Assembly: GCA_001804125.1 (NCBI GenBank)
Contig: MHFI01000036.1
Span: forward strand, 23,123-87,122
Origin: Omnitrophica bacterium RIFCSPHIGHO2_02_FULL_51_18
GTDB lineage: Bacteria; Omnitrophota; Gorgyraeia; 2-02-FULL-51-18
Length of the DNA: 64,000 bases
Reading direction: 5' to 3'
Shown piece by piece: positions 35,757 to 45,945 of this stretch (its first letter is position 1; each line of letters starts with the position of its first letter). The position numbers and the translations under genes are program-made. The notes under the pieces are model-generated. The model was not told where the DNA came from and searched no databases. It was given only the letters and a program-made list of their open reading frames with translations.

Positions 35757-37475
35757 TTATGGAAGCGCCGATTTTTTAAGCAATTTCATGAATTCATCGG
35801 CCGGCACGGGCCTGCTGATGAAGTAACCTTGGATTTTGTCGCATTGGTAATTTCTTAAAATTTCGAGCTGTTCATAGGTTTCAACGCCTTCGGCGATCAC
35901 CTCCAGGTTCAAGCTATGGGCCATCGCGATGATCGCGGTCACAATCGCGGCATCGTCGGCGTTTCTTGTCAGCTGGCGGACAAATAAACGGTCAATCTTG
36001 ATGATATCCAGCGGGAACCGTTTCAAATGGCTTAAGGAAGAATAGCCGGTCCCAAAGTCGTCAATGGCGATTTTGGCGCCCATGGCTTTAAATTCGCGGA
36101 GTGTCTTGGAAATCATGTTAGGCCGTTTCATCAGCACATGTTCGCTGAGCTCCAATTGGATTTTTTTTACGTCTTCCCGTGTTTTTGCCAGTAAACTTTT
36201 CAATTGTTTGATCAAAAGCTCCTCTTCGAGCTGAGGGCCCGAGATGTTCAGTGAAAGGCATAGGTGGCCAAACCCCTCTTGTGTCCAGGTTTTCATCTGC
36301 CCGACCGCCGTTTCAAACACCCACTCGTTGATCGGGACCACGAGCCCTATTTCTTCGGCAAGCGGAATGAATTCCATCGGGGCAATGAGTCCCAGCTCCG
36401 GATGGTTCCAACGCACGAGCGCTTCCGCTCCCGTGATGCGGCCCGTTTTAAGGTCCGTTTGCGGCTGGTAATGGACGACCAGCCGTCCCTCCTGCAGAGC
36501 ATGGCGCAGGCTGTTCTCAAGCCCCAAGCGTTCCAACGCCTTGGAATTCATCGAAGAAGAGTAGAGCTGGCAGCTGTTGTGCGAAGCTTGTTTGGCCCGG
36601 TGCATCGCGGTGTCGGCGTTTTTCATGAGGCTTTCCGCGTCCTCCCCATCGTCCGGATAAATGCTGATTCCCATGCTGACGCCCATCACGATTTCGCGGT
36701 CATTGACGTAAAATGGGTCCTTGAACGAAGAGAATATTTTATCGGCCGTTTCTACCGCTTCGTGCGTATGCTGGACCACACTGAGAAGGATGATGAATCC
36801 ATCGCCGCTGATGCGCGTGATCGTGCAGGTCTCCGGGAGACTTTTGGCGATCCGGCGCGCCGTTATTTTCAATAAGTCGTCCCCTGCGCCGTGCCCCAGC
36901 GTGTCGTTGATCCGCTTGAAATTGTCCAGGTCGATGGAAATGACCGAAACCAGGTGATTGCTGCCGCGCGCTTGCGTGACGGCCTGGTTCAACCGGTCCA
37001 CGAAAAGAACACGGTTGGGCAGTCCGGTCAGCGAGTCATAATATTCCAGATAATTGATGTGCTGCCGGAGGTTTTCCTGGTATTTTTTTCTTCCGATGGC
37101 ATACCGTAAAACGCGCGGAAGAATTTCAAGACCCCTCAAGTCTTTTAGAAGATAATCCTGCGCCCCTTTGCGCACGGCTTCGAGCGCCATTTCTTCGTCG
37201 ACTAAATGGGAGACAATCACGATGGGGGTCTTGGGAAACAGCGATTGCAGTTCGCAAAACGTGTTTAAGCCCTTGCTGTCGGGCAGGTTCAAATCCGTGA
37301 TGATTACATCCACGTCCTTCGTTTTCAAGAGCTCCTGCGCCGCTTTCAAGCTGTGAACGGTCTGGATGTCATAGGAGGCGTTTTTTTCCGCTTTTAAAAT
37401 TCGTTGGATGATATGAGCGTCTTCGGGGTCGTCTTCAATTAAAAGAATTAGCAAAGAGAGATTCATGCCTGGCAC
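35757..37475 (-). CDS. Response regulator with REC-GGDEF-EAL architecture (degenerate GGDEF, EAL intact).
   Basis: REC DxxD...D. GGDEF site reads SGDGF. EAL motif EALVRW present. Confidence 0.75.
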   Translation of the reverse strand: MPGMNLSLLILLIEDDPEDAHIIQRILKAEKNASYDIQTVHSLKAAQELLKTKDVDVIITDLNLPDSKGLNTFCELQSLFPKTPIVIVSHLVDEEMALEAVRKGAQDYLLKDLRGLEILPRVLRYAIGRKKYQENLRQHINYLEYYDSLTGLPNRVLFVDRLNQAVTQARGSNHLVSVISIDLDNFKRINDTLGHGAGDDLLKITARRIAKSLPETCTITRISGDGFIILLSVVQHTHEAVETADKIFSSFKDPFYVNDREIVMGVSMGISIYPDDGEDAESLMKNADTAMHRAKQASHNSCQLYSSSMNSKALERLGLENSLRHALQEGRLVVHYQPQTDLKTGRITGAEALVRWNHPELGLIAPMEFIPLAEEIGLVVPINEWVFETAVGQMKTWTQEGFGHLCLSLNISGPQLEEELLIKQLKSLLAKTREDVKKIQLELSEHVLMKRPNMISKTLREFKAMGAKIAIDDFGTGYSSLSHLKRFPLDIIKIDRLFVRQLTRNADDAAIVTAIIAMAHSLNLEVIAEGVETYEQLEILRNYQCDKIQGYFISRPVPADEFMKLLKKSALP

Positions 37476-37598
37476 GCCCTTTTCCTAAAGTGAGATTTAA
37501 CTCAATCCTACACAGGGAGTCTACATTACTAAGTAATAATAATCAAGTTTAAGTTATTTTAAGTGATTATCACGCCTCTCTGAGAAGCGCACCACACT

Positions 37599-37690
37599 GT
37601 CATTCTGAGGTCGCCGCAGCGACCGAAGAATCTCGTTTTTAAGATTGAGATCCTTCGTCGGTCGCCTGCGGCGACCTCCTCAGGATGACA
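37599..37690. repeat. Copy D of the GTCATTCTGAG...CCTCAGGATGAC double-hairpin repeat.
   Basis: gtcattctgag[gtcgccgcagcgac]cgaagaatc TCGTTTTTAAGATTGA gatccttcg[tcggtcgcctgcggcgacc]tcctcaggatgac. Lies between the tRNA and the regulator gene. Confidence 0.7.
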
Positions 37691-37752
37691 CAGGGTGTGT
37701 TTTTCGGATAAGCGTGGGTCAAAGAAGCGAATGGAAGAACCCGAAGAAGTTA

Positions 37753-37827
37753 TGGCGGTGAGTGGATTTGAACCACTGACATGCGATTTATGATACCGCT
37801 GCTCTAACCAGGCTGAGCTACACCGCC
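37753..37827 (-). tRNA. tRNA with a CAT anticodon (Met, or possibly lysidine-modified Ile2).
   Basis: Manual cloverleaf: 7-bp acceptor stem fully paired, U33, anticodon CAT, A37, T-loop TTCAAAT, discriminator A. No encoded CCA. Confidence 0.75.
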
Positions 37828-37833
37828 GAAAAA

Positions 37834-38931
37834 TCAATTTTTCATTGTCTTATCGATCCAGCCTCCCCCCAAAATACGGGGGCCGTCATAGATCACGGCG
37901 GCTTGACCGGGCGTCACCGCTTTTTGCGGAACCTCGAATGTGACTTCCGCTTCGTAATCAGAAATCAGTTTCGAAATAAACCCGGCTGTTTTGTCGTGGC
38001 GGGACCTTATTTTAATTAAGACTTTTCCCTTTTTGGGCCCCAACTGCCAGTTAAGGCGATTGACGATCATTCGATCGGAATAGAGGTCTGTTTCGCGCCC
38101 GATCACTACCGTGTTTTGTTTGGGATCCACAGAGGTCACAAAATACGGGTCCGTGCCGGTGACGCGTATTCGTTTTCGCTGACCAATCGTAAATTCATGG
38201 CTCCCCTCATGAAGCCCAACTTCGCGCCCGTCTTTATTTTTAATGGGGCCCTTGCCCGGAAGTCTGTCCGGAGCGGCTTGCCGGACAAAATCAGTGTAGC
38301 TTGTCTTCACAAAACAGATTTCCTGGCTGTCGGGCTTGTCGAACACTCTTAGTCCCAGTTTTTCGGCGAGGGCGCGGACTTCTTTCTTTTGGAGTTCTCC
38401 GATGGGAAGCAGTGTTTTGGAAAGCTGATCCTGGTCAAGCCCAAAAAGCACATAGGACTGGTCTTTGGAAAGGTCCAGGCCTTCGAAGATAAAATACCGC
38501 TTGAGGCCCTCGTCATATCCGATCCGGGCATAATGGCCCGTCGCGACGGCGCTGGCGCCAAGCTCGCGGGCTTTGTCGAGCAGAATCCCGAATTTGATCG
38601 TGCGGTTGCATTCAATGCAGGGGTTGGGAGTGCGGCCGGCGAAGTATTCGTCCACAAAATAATCGATCACTTTTTCTTTAAAATCCGATGACAGGTCCAT
38701 CACGTAGTAAGGAATGCCTATTTTTCGGGCCACGGCGCGCGCGTCGTCGATATCACGCAAGGAACAGCAACCCTTGGATTTTTCATCGCGGCATTCGCCG
38801 CTCGTCCAGGTTTTGATCGTGACGCCTATCGGCTCAAAACCCTTTTGTTTTAAGAGGGCGGCGGAGACAGAGCTGTCGACGCCTCCGGACATGGCGACAA
38901 TGACGCGTTTATTTTCCGCGCGGGAAATCAT
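37834..38931 (-). CDS. mnmA: tRNA-specific 2-thiouridylase MnmA.
   Basis: PP-loop SGGVDSS. 365 aa. Confidence 0.85.
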   Translation of the reverse strand: MISRAENKRVIVAMSGGVDSSVSAALLKQKGFEPIGVTIKTWTSGECRDEKSKGCCSLRDIDDARAVARKIGIPYYVMDLSSDFKEKVIDYFVDEYFAGRTPNPCIECNRTIKFGILLDKARELGASAVATGHYARIGYDEGLKRYFIFEGLDLSKDQSYVLFGLDQDQLSKTLLPIGELQKKEVRALAEKLGLRVFDKPDSQEICFVKTSYTDFVRQAAPDRLPGKGPIKNKDGREVGLHEGSHEFTIGQRKRIRVTGTDPYFVTSVDPKQNTVVIGRETDLYSDRMIVNRLNWQLGPKKGKVLIKIRSRHDKTAGFISKLISDYEAEVTFEVPQKAVTPGQAAVIYDGPRILGGGWIDKTMKN

Positions 38932-38953
38932 AAGAGGAGGTTTGAAAAGTTAC

Positions 38954-39136
38954 TCAGTTACTCTTTTTGTCTTCTTTGGGGCTTTGGGAATCGCCGGAGG
39001 ATTCCTTGATGGATTTCTTGAATTCCCGAATGCCTTCCCCAAGGCTTTTGCCGATCTCGGGCAGGCGGCTGGCCCCGAAAAGAAGCAAACAGACAAGCAA
39101 AATAACCAGAAGTTCCGAAAAACCGATTCCAAACAT
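38954..39136 (-). CDS. tatA: Twin-arginine translocase TatA/E.
   Basis: [33 protein letters not shown]. Confidence 0.85.
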   Translation of the reverse strand: MFGIGFSELLVILLVCLLLFGASRLPEIGKSLGEGIREFKKSIKESSGDSQSPKEDKKSN

Positions 39137-39169
39137 AGGAATATAGCGTACTCCCTTTTCAGAAGACTG

Positions 39170-40156
39170 TCAACGCACGCGGTCGAGACAGTGGTAAGCG
39201 AGGTTCTGAAGGCTTTCTTTGCAGCGGGACTCTCCGATCACGCTTAATTCAATCAGCGCCTCCTCGAGGTAGCCCCTGGCTTTTGCCATGGCCCGGTCCA
39301 CGGATTTTGTCTCCAGCGCCAGATTTTTTATTTCTTCGAAAAGAACCGGCGCCGCCTCTTCCATCCGCTTAAAAAGAGACCGGCGTTCGGTCTCTTTCAG
39401 TGTTTGAAAAAGATACAGCGCCGGCAGTGTGACGTCGTTTTTTAAGATGTCCAAACCGGTGGTCTTGCCCAGCGCTTCGGTGGTGCCGACGATATCGAGG
39501 CAGTCGTCCACGATCTGGAACGCCATTCCGAGGTTATACCCGACCCGGCCCATTTTTTCTACGCGCGGCATCGCCATGCCGGAAAAGTAAGCGCCCCCCA
39601 TGCACGCGGCCTGGAAGAGTGCGGCGGTTTTCTGGCGGATGATTCTCAGGTAGGTGTCTTCGCTCATCAGGAAATCATTCCGTTTTTCAATCTGTTTCAT
39701 TTCGCCTTCACACATGGTGCGGGCGCACTCAGCCAGCGCTTCGTAGAGCCGCACATTTTTGAAGCCGGCGAGAATCACGAACGCCTTCGCATACAGATAG
39801 TCCCCGGACACGATGGAGATTTCTCTCCCCCATTTTGAAAACACGGACGGCTGGTTCCGGCGAAGCTCGGAATTATCGATGACGTCATCGTGAATCAACG
39901 TCGCGGTGTGCAAAAGCTCGATCAAGACCGCGAGCTTGATCACCTCAGGGTTGGCGGTTCCCTCAAGCTTGGAGGAAAGAATCGTGAGCGCGGGCCTCAA
40001 AAACTTTCCCGTCATCTTTAAAAGGTGCTCGTGTATTTCCTGAATCAGCGGGTCGTGGGAAGCAAGCTCCTTTTTTAAAGCGCTTGCAAACACCGATAGA
40101 TCCGCTTCGATCGGCGCGTAGATTTCCTTGAGCGTGGGTTTTTTAAGAAGCGTCAC
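39170..40156 (-). CDS. Polyprenyl diphosphate synthase (IspB-like).
   Basis: Asp-rich motifs LIHDDVID and IVDDCLD. Confidence 0.8.
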   Translation of the reverse strand: MTLLKKPTLKEIYAPIEADLSVFASALKKELASHDPLIQEIHEHLLKMTGKFLRPALTILSSKLEGTANPEVIKLAVLIELLHTATLIHDDVIDNSELRRNQPSVFSKWGREISIVSGDYLYAKAFVILAGFKNVRLYEALAECARTMCEGEMKQIEKRNDFLMSEDTYLRIIRQKTAALFQAACMGGAYFSGMAMPRVEKMGRVGYNLGMAFQIVDDCLDIVGTTEALGKTTGLDILKNDVTLPALYLFQTLKETERRSLFKRMEEAAPVLFEEIKNLALETKSVDRAMAKARGYLEEALIELSVIGESRCKESLQNLAYHCLDRVR

Positions 40157-41217
40157 AGGTTAATGTCCGTGAGACCGTTATGAAGCCCTTCGGAGCTCGA
40201 GAGTAAGAACTGCCCGGTTTTATTTTCTTCGATGAACACCGCATCAATCCCTTCTTCTTTGTGACGCTCGATAAATTCGTAGCCTTTTTCGGGCCCCAGA
40301 ATAAAAAAAAGGTGACTCAAAAGATTGGCAAACGCAATATTTTCCGCGATGACGGTCACACCGGCGACAGGGTTCACCCCGGAAATCGGCGGCCACCCTG
40401 TCTTTGGGTTTATGACTAGCGGGTAGCGGTTGTTTTTATAAATAAAAAACTCTTCATAATCTCCTGCGCTGGAGGCAGCCCTCTCCGCGTCGAGTTGGAG
40501 CACGGCCGCGTATTCATCGATTTTGCGCGGATGATCAATGCCGAATCTCCAATAACGGCCTTCCTGCGCAAGACCTACCCAGCGGGTGCTTTCTCCCACC
40601 TTGATCATCGCGGAAGTGACGCCCTGGCTTTTGAGCTGTAACAGCGCCTTGTCAGCCGCGTACCCCCGTGCGGGGTCGTCCACGTTGATCCGGATGCCTT
40701 CTTTTTGCAATGCCAGTGTTTTGGCTTCCGGATCCAGAAGCACTTGGATATAACCCATCTTCGACAGTGCCATTTGAACGGCTTCCTGGGAAGGCGGCTC
40801 GCTTTTTTCTTTGGCCGTCCTCCAAAGCTCCCTTAAGGGAACGTCCGTAATGTCAAAAGCGCCGTCGGATATTTTGGAAAGCCTTAAAGATTCCCGGATC
40901 ACAAAAAAAGTGTCCTCATCCAGCACGACCGTTTCACCGGGGGCGGCATGATTGATCTTCCAGATGACGCTCGTTTCATTTTCGCCGTACATTTTATTCG
41001 CGATACTTTCGAGGGTCTCAAAGGCCTTGTCGACCAGATACGAGTTTCTTTCCAGAGACAGGCCGCCGCTGTAAAAAATCGTGATTGTAAACGCGGTGCC
41101 CATGATATTCCGAGAGCGCTCAATTTGCTTCTGGCCCAGATAGTCGGCGCCGGTCAATGCCACGCAAAGACCGAGCGACAAGAAAGCCCGGAATGCGGCC
41201 TTAAAAATTTTTACCAT
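40153..41217 (-). CDS. apbE: FAD:protein FMN transferase ApbE.
   Basis: Signal peptide, ApbE family pattern. 354 aa. Confidence 0.7.
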   Translation of the reverse strand: MVKIFKAAFRAFLSLGLCVALTGADYLGQKQIERSRNIMGTAFTITIFYSGGLSLERNSYLVDKAFETLESIANKMYGENETSVIWKINHAAPGETVVLDEDTFFVIRESLRLSKISDGAFDITDVPLRELWRTAKEKSEPPSQEAVQMALSKMGYIQVLLDPEAKTLALQKEGIRINVDDPARGYAADKALLQLKSQGVTSAMIKVGESTRWVGLAQEGRYWRFGIDHPRKIDEYAAVLQLDAERAASSAGDYEEFFIYKNNRYPLVINPKTGWPPISGVNPVAGVTVIAENIAFANLLSHLFFILGPEKGYEFIERHKEEGIDAVFIEENKTGQFLLSSSEGLHNGLTDINL

Positions 41218-42476
41218 TTTTCAAAAGCCTTCAGTGTTTTTTCAAATTCATGCTCCGTGTGGGCGCCGGAAACAAAGCTTGTCTCATAGGCCGACGGCGG
41301 AGTGTAAATCCCGTATTTTAGCATTTTATGGAAAAATTTCTTGAATTCTTTTGTGTCGGATTTCAAAACCGTGCTGAAATTGACGGGTTTTTGACCGCAG
41401 AAAAAGAGGCTAAACATGGACCCGGCGCTTTGGATCACGGCGCTCTTTTTTTTCATCCGGAGTATTTCTTGCGCCTGTCTCAGGAAAGCGCCGGTTTTTT
41501 GATTGAGCGTGCGGTAAAACTCCCTGGACAATCTTGAAAGCACCGCGCGGCCGGCGACCATCGAGATCGGGTTGCCCGAAAGTGTGCCTGCCTGATAGAC
41601 CTTGCCCGTGGGTGAAAGGGCGCTCATAATTTCCTTCTTGCCTCCAAACGCGCCCACGGGGAGGCCCCCGCCGATGACTTTTCCGAGGAGGGTAAGGTCG
41701 GGGGTGATTCCATAAAGTTCTTGTGCGCCGCCGTAGCCTACGCGGAATCCCGAAATCACCTCGTCAAAGATGAGGAGCGCTCCCGCTTGTTTCGTTTTTT
41801 TCCTTAAGCTTTTCAGGAATTCCTCTCGGGCGGGCACCACGCCCATATTCCCCGCGATCGGCTCTACAATCACACACGCGGTGTCTTTTGCATTTTTAAA
41901 AAATGACTCCAACTGCTCAAGGTTGTTGTATTCCAGCACCGTCGTAAGCGCTGCCAGCTCTTCCGGAATCCCCGCCGAATCGGGCGATCCGAAAGTGGCA
42001 AGACCGCTCCCCGCTTTGACAAGCAAACTGTCCGTGTGGCCGTGGTAGCATCCTTCGAATTTCACGACTCTTTTCCGCCTGGTCACGCCGCGTGCCAAAC
42101 GCAGGGCACTCATGACGGCTTCGGTCCCGGAGCTTGTGAATCTTAACTGTTCGATGGACGGGAATGCTTTTTTAATCTCCCGGGCCAACGCCGTCTCATA
42201 TTCAGTGACGGTGCCGAAACCCGTGCCTTTTCGCGCCTGCTCTCTGATGGCCCGGGTCGTTGCCTCCTCGGCGTGTCCCAAAAGAATCGCGCCCCAGGAG
42301 AGGCAGTAGTCGACGTAACGCTTCTTGTGGTGGTCGAAAAGATAAGGCCCTCTTCCCCGCTCCATGAAGACAGGTTCTCCGCCCACCGCTTTAAACGCCC
42401 GGACAGGGCTGTTCACACCGCCGGCAATGTGTTTTTGGGCTTCTTTCCAAGCACGACTCATTTGGCGATTTTCCAT
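41211..42476 (-). CDS. hemL: Glutamate-1-semialdehyde 2,1-aminomutase.
   Basis: Class III aminotransferase. 421 aa. Sits in the hem cluster. Confidence 0.85.
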   Translation of the reverse strand: MENRQMSRAWKEAQKHIAGGVNSPVRAFKAVGGEPVFMERGRGPYLFDHHKKRYVDYCLSWGAILLGHAEEATTRAIREQARKGTGFGTVTEYETALAREIKKAFPSIEQLRFTSSGTEAVMSALRLARGVTRRKRVVKFEGCYHGHTDSLLVKAGSGLATFGSPDSAGIPEELAALTTVLEYNNLEQLESFFKNAKDTACVIVEPIAGNMGVVPAREEFLKSLRKKTKQAGALLIFDEVISGFRVGYGGAQELYGITPDLTLLGKVIGGGLPVGAFGGKKEIMSALSPTGKVYQAGTLSGNPISMVAGRAVLSRLSREFYRTLNQKTGAFLRQAQEILRMKKKSAVIQSAGSMFSLFFCGQKPVNFSTVLKSDTKEFKKFFHKMLKYGIYTPPSAYETSFVSGAHTEHEFEKTLKAFEKW

Positions 42477-43435
42477 TTTAGGATATCTTTCGCCCAGTAA
42501 CTGATGATAAAGCTCGCACCCGCCCTTTTCATCGAAAGATGCGTTTCATAAACCAACTTCTTTTCATCGATCCACTTCTGCCGCGCGGCCGCTTTAATCA
42601 TCGAATACTCGCCGCTGACGCTGTAGCAGCCGACGGGGCACGAAAATTTTTCCTTGATCTGATAAATAATATCTCCGTAGGCCAGCGCGGGCTTTACAAG
42701 AATCATGTCAGCGCCTTCCTCAAGGTCTGTTTGCACTTCCCGCAGTGCCTCGCGGCTCTGTGAAAAGTTCATCTGGTAGCTTGAGCGGTCGCCGAAGCTC
42801 GGGACGCTTCCGGCGGCCTCCCTGAAAGGCGCATAGAATGAAGAGGCATATTTGACGGCGTGGGACAAAATCGGCGTGTGCTCAAAACCGTTGGCTTGAA
42901 GCGCCCGGCGGATGACAAGGATTCGTCCGTCCATCATGTCGGAAGGTGCCAAGACGTCGGCCCCGGCGCCGGCGTAAGACACCGCTATTTTGGCGAGTGT
43001 TTTCAGCGTCGCATCATTTTGAATTCGTCCGTCCCGAACGTGTCCACAGTGGCCGTGCTCCAAGTATTCACAGAGGCACACATCGGCGATCACGAGAATC
43101 TTGGGGCATTTTTTCTTAATGGCGGCGACGGCGCGTTGAACAATCCCCTTTTTGGCAAACGCCTGCCGCCCGCGTGTGTCCTTTTTGGCTGGGATTCCGA
43201 AAAGAATCACGGAAGAGACTCCGAGCGATTCCAGCGCCTTGGCTTCTTCCAGCAGTGTGTTGAAAGACCACTGGAATTGGCCCGGCATGGATGCAATGGC
43301 CGCGGGACTTGATAAATTTTCCCCGATAAAAAGAGGCTGGATCAAATCCTTGGATAAAAGCGCATGTTCTTCTATCAAACTGCGTAGTTTCGGATTTTCC
43401 CTAAGCCTTCGCAAGCGAACGAGCGGGTATTTCAC
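42458..43435 (-). CDS. hemB: Porphobilinogen synthase.
   Basis: ALAD family. 325 aa. Confidence 0.85.
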   Translation of the reverse strand: MKYPLVRLRRLRENPKLRSLIEEHALLSKDLIQPLFIGENLSSPAAIASMPGQFQWSFNTLLEEAKALESLGVSSVILFGIPAKKDTRGRQAFAKKGIVQRAVAAIKKKCPKILVIADVCLCEYLEHGHCGHVRDGRIQNDATLKTLAKIAVSYAGAGADVLAPSDMMDGRILVIRRALQANGFEHTPILSHAVKYASSFYAPFREAAGSVPSFGDRSSYQMNFSQSREALREVQTDLEEGADMILVKPALAYGDIIYQIKEKFSCPVGCYSVSGEYSMIKAAARQKWIDEKKLVYETHLSMKRAGASFIISYWAKDILKWKIAK

Positions 43436-44968
43436 CTAGTGACCTTTCTTCACGGAATGCCGGATGGCGTCCACAAGCCCGTCGATCGTAAATATTTTGG
43501 CCTGGCAACGGGGGTTTAACCCGTAGCTTCTCAAAGCCTTCGACGTGACTGGGCCAATACTGGCAAACCGCGTGTTTTTTGCAATCCTTTTGACATTCTT
43601 AAGCCGAAGTATTCTAACAAAATGGTCTACGGTTGACGAGCTTGTGAATGTCACAAAATCCACGGAACCCCGGAGCAAAACCTCTTGGATCGTCTTCGGG
43701 CGGGTTTTGGAAATTTTTGTCCGATAACCCGTGATCCGTGTGACATTCGCGCCTAATTTTTTAAGCCCCTGCTCGAGTTCAGGCGGTGCTGCGGAAGCGC
43801 GCACGAGGAGAAAATTTTTTCCGTAAACCGGGATCCTTTGTTTCCTGAACTCGTCAACAATCGCCGAAGTTTCGAACCGCTCAGGCATGAGATCGCTCCG
43901 AAGCCCGTACCGTTCCAGCCACTTCCCGGTTTCGGGGCCCACGCAGGCAATGCGGATCCCCTTCAAGGAGCGCGCATCTTTTTTATGGCTGCCATGGAGG
44001 CGGTTAAAGAACGCTTCGACGCCGTAAGTGCTCGTGAACACCATCCACTCATAACGGGAGATGGAGCGTATGGATTCATCCATTTCCCTGAAGTTCCGCA
44101 AGGGCGCTATTTCAATCGTCGGAAATTCCAAGACCTCCGCACCCAGCTCTGTCAACTTGTCGGTGAGCGCGCCTATTTTGTCTCGCGTGCGTGTCACAAC
44201 GATCTTTTTTCCGAAAAGAGGCAATTTTTCGTACCAAGAAAGCTGGTTTTTAAGCGAAACCACCTCTCCGACAATGATGATTGCCGGCGCTTTTAATTTT
44301 TTCTTTTTGACTTTGCCCGCGATATCGGAAAGCGTGCCGTCGCAAGAGCGCTGTTTCGGGAGCGTGCCCCATTCAATCACGCAAGCTTTCGTCGCGGCGG
44401 ACATGCCGGCCCGGACAAGCTGCCGCGCAATCTTTGCCAGATTGTAAAAACCCATGTAGATCACGAGCGTCCCTTTTGAGGCGGCTATTTTATCCCATGG
44501 GACGGAATCGAGATTTTCGTCATGGGCCCTGTGGCCGGTCAGGAATGTGACAGACGCGCTGTGTTTCCGGTGCGTCAGCGGAATACCCGCGTAGGCGGCA
44601 CAGGCCGTGGCGCTGGTGACGCCGGGGATGACTTCAAAAGGGACTTTGTGATGGTGAAGATAAAGCGCCTCTTCCCCCCCTCTCCCGAAAAGATAAGGGT
44701 CCCCGCCCTTTAACCGCACGACCTTTTGGCCTTTCCGGGCAGCCTGAATAATCATCCGGTTGATTCTTCTTTGTGAATAGGGGTGATAACGAAATCGTTT
44801 GCCGACACAAATGGTTTTTGCCGAAGCCTTGACGTGCTTCAGATGTTCGGGATTTGCCAGCGTATCGTAAACAACGAGGTCCGCCTCTTTTAAGCGGTGA
44901 TGGGCTTTCAGCGTCAAAAGCTCCGGGTCACCCGGCCCGGCGCCGACCAGCGAGACTTTCCCGGTCAT
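43436..44968 (-). CDS. Bifunctional uroporphyrinogen-III C-methyltransferase / uroporphyrinogen-III synthase (CobA-HemD fusion).
   Basis: N-terminal VSLVGAGPGDPELLT (SUMT). C-terminal 250 aa are HemD-like. Confidence 0.8.
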   Translation of the reverse strand: MTGKVSLVGAGPGDPELLTLKAHHRLKEADLVVYDTLANPEHLKHVKASAKTICVGKRFRYHPYSQRRINRMIIQAARKGQKVVRLKGGDPYLFGRGGEEALYLHHHKVPFEVIPGVTSATACAAYAGIPLTHRKHSASVTFLTGHRAHDENLDSVPWDKIAASKGTLVIYMGFYNLAKIARQLVRAGMSAATKACVIEWGTLPKQRSCDGTLSDIAGKVKKKKLKAPAIIIVGEVVSLKNQLSWYEKLPLFGKKIVVTRTRDKIGALTDKLTELGAEVLEFPTIEIAPLRNFREMDESIRSISRYEWMVFTSTYGVEAFFNRLHGSHKKDARSLKGIRIACVGPETGKWLERYGLRSDLMPERFETSAIVDEFRKQRIPVYGKNFLLVRASAAPPELEQGLKKLGANVTRITGYRTKISKTRPKTIQEVLLRGSVDFVTFTSSSTVDHFVRILRLKNVKRIAKNTRFASIGPVTSKALRSYGLNPRCQAKIFTIDGLVDAIRHSVKKGH

Positions 44969-45945
44969 GAGCGCGCCTCCCTCAAAAGCCTGCCCGCGCC
45001 TTTTTTTAAAAGTTTTTTCGCAAGGATTGCCGCTAATTTCTCGGATTGGGAAGCCGGTCCTCGGATCTCTCCGGTTACGGCCGCTTCGGAGCGCGTGGAA
45101 AAAACGGCCGCTCTGATGCGGATTTTATTTTGCCGAATCTCTGACAATATCCCGACCGGCACCCGGCAGCCGCCCCTTAATTCTTTGAGAAACCTTCTTT
45201 CGGCGCAAACCTGCATTTTTGTCCGCGGGTCGTTGAGGGGTTTGAGAAGCCGGATGAGCGTGCGGTCGCTTTTTCGCGTTTCAATCCCAAGTGCGGCTTG
45301 CCCGACAGCCGGCATTACCTCTTTCAAAGGAATAGGCACGGCGAAGTTCAGGTACTTTTTAAGGCGTTTAAGCCCTGCCTTTGCGACGACCGCCGCCGCG
45401 TATTTTTTTCCATGAATCACTTTTCTAACGCGCGTGTCCAGATTGCCCCGGATATCCGCGAGACACAGGTCAGGCCTTATGAGCTGGATCTGTCGTTTTC
45501 TTCTGGGGCTTCCGGTGCCGACGACCGCATTTTTTGGAAGCGTCTGGAGCGTGTAGCGGCGCTTGGAAATCAAAACATCGCCGGGGTCCAGGCGCTTCGG
45601 AAACGCGGCCAGGCAAAGGCCCTTGGGAAGCTCTGTCGGCAGGTCCTTCAGACTGTGCACGGCGATATCCACCCTATTTTTTAAAAGCGCTTCCTCAATT
45701 GCTTTCGTGAAGACGCCCACTTGGAATTCATCCCCCCGGGTCTGAATGACTACCAGCCGGAATGAAAGCTTGGGGTATTTTTTTTCAAGCTTCCTTTTAA
45801 TCTCACCGGCCTGCGCCATCGCAAGCAGGCTCCCGCGCGTTCCCACTCTCACGACTTTCTTCGCGGCCGGTTTTCTCAAACGAAGCGCTCCTTTGACAGC
45901 CACCCCATGAAATGCTGGGTCTGAGCGTGGATCAGGCGAAAGCAT
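44965..45945 (-). CDS. hemC: Hydroxymethylbilane synthase. True start is probably downstream of the ORF-track start.
   Basis: VRVGTRGSLLAMAQA. Confidence 0.85.
   Translation of the reverse strand: MLSPDPRSDPAFHGVAVKGALRLRKPAAKKVVRVGTRGSLLAMAQAGEIKRKLEKKYPKLSFRLVVIQTRGDEFQVGVFTKAIEEALLKNRVDIAVHSLKDLPTELPKGLCLAAFPKRLDPGDVLISKRRYTLQTLPKNAVVGTGSPRRKRQIQLIRPDLCLADIRGNLDTRVRKVIHGKKYAAAVVAKAGLKRLKKYLNFAVPIPLKEVMPAVGQAALGIETRKSDRTLIRLLKPLNDPRTKMQVCAERRFLKELRGGCRVPVGILSEIRQNKIRIRAAVFSTRSEAAVTGEIRGPASQSEKLAAILAKKLLKKGAGRLLREARS

Noticed and set aside
36264-36875. 203-aa plus-strand ORF inside the REC-GGDEF-EAL gene.
   Set aside because: Antisense shadow ORF. Arg/His-rich composition typical of GC-rich antisense frames.
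45876-45945. 70-bp overlap between hemC and hemA, and 95-bp overlap between the thermonuclease and ParA ORFs.
   Set aside because: These are artefacts of the ORF track choosing the most upstream start. Internal starts (MEITVLGL for hemA, MHVIALSNQKGG for ParA) remove the overlaps and match family N-termini.
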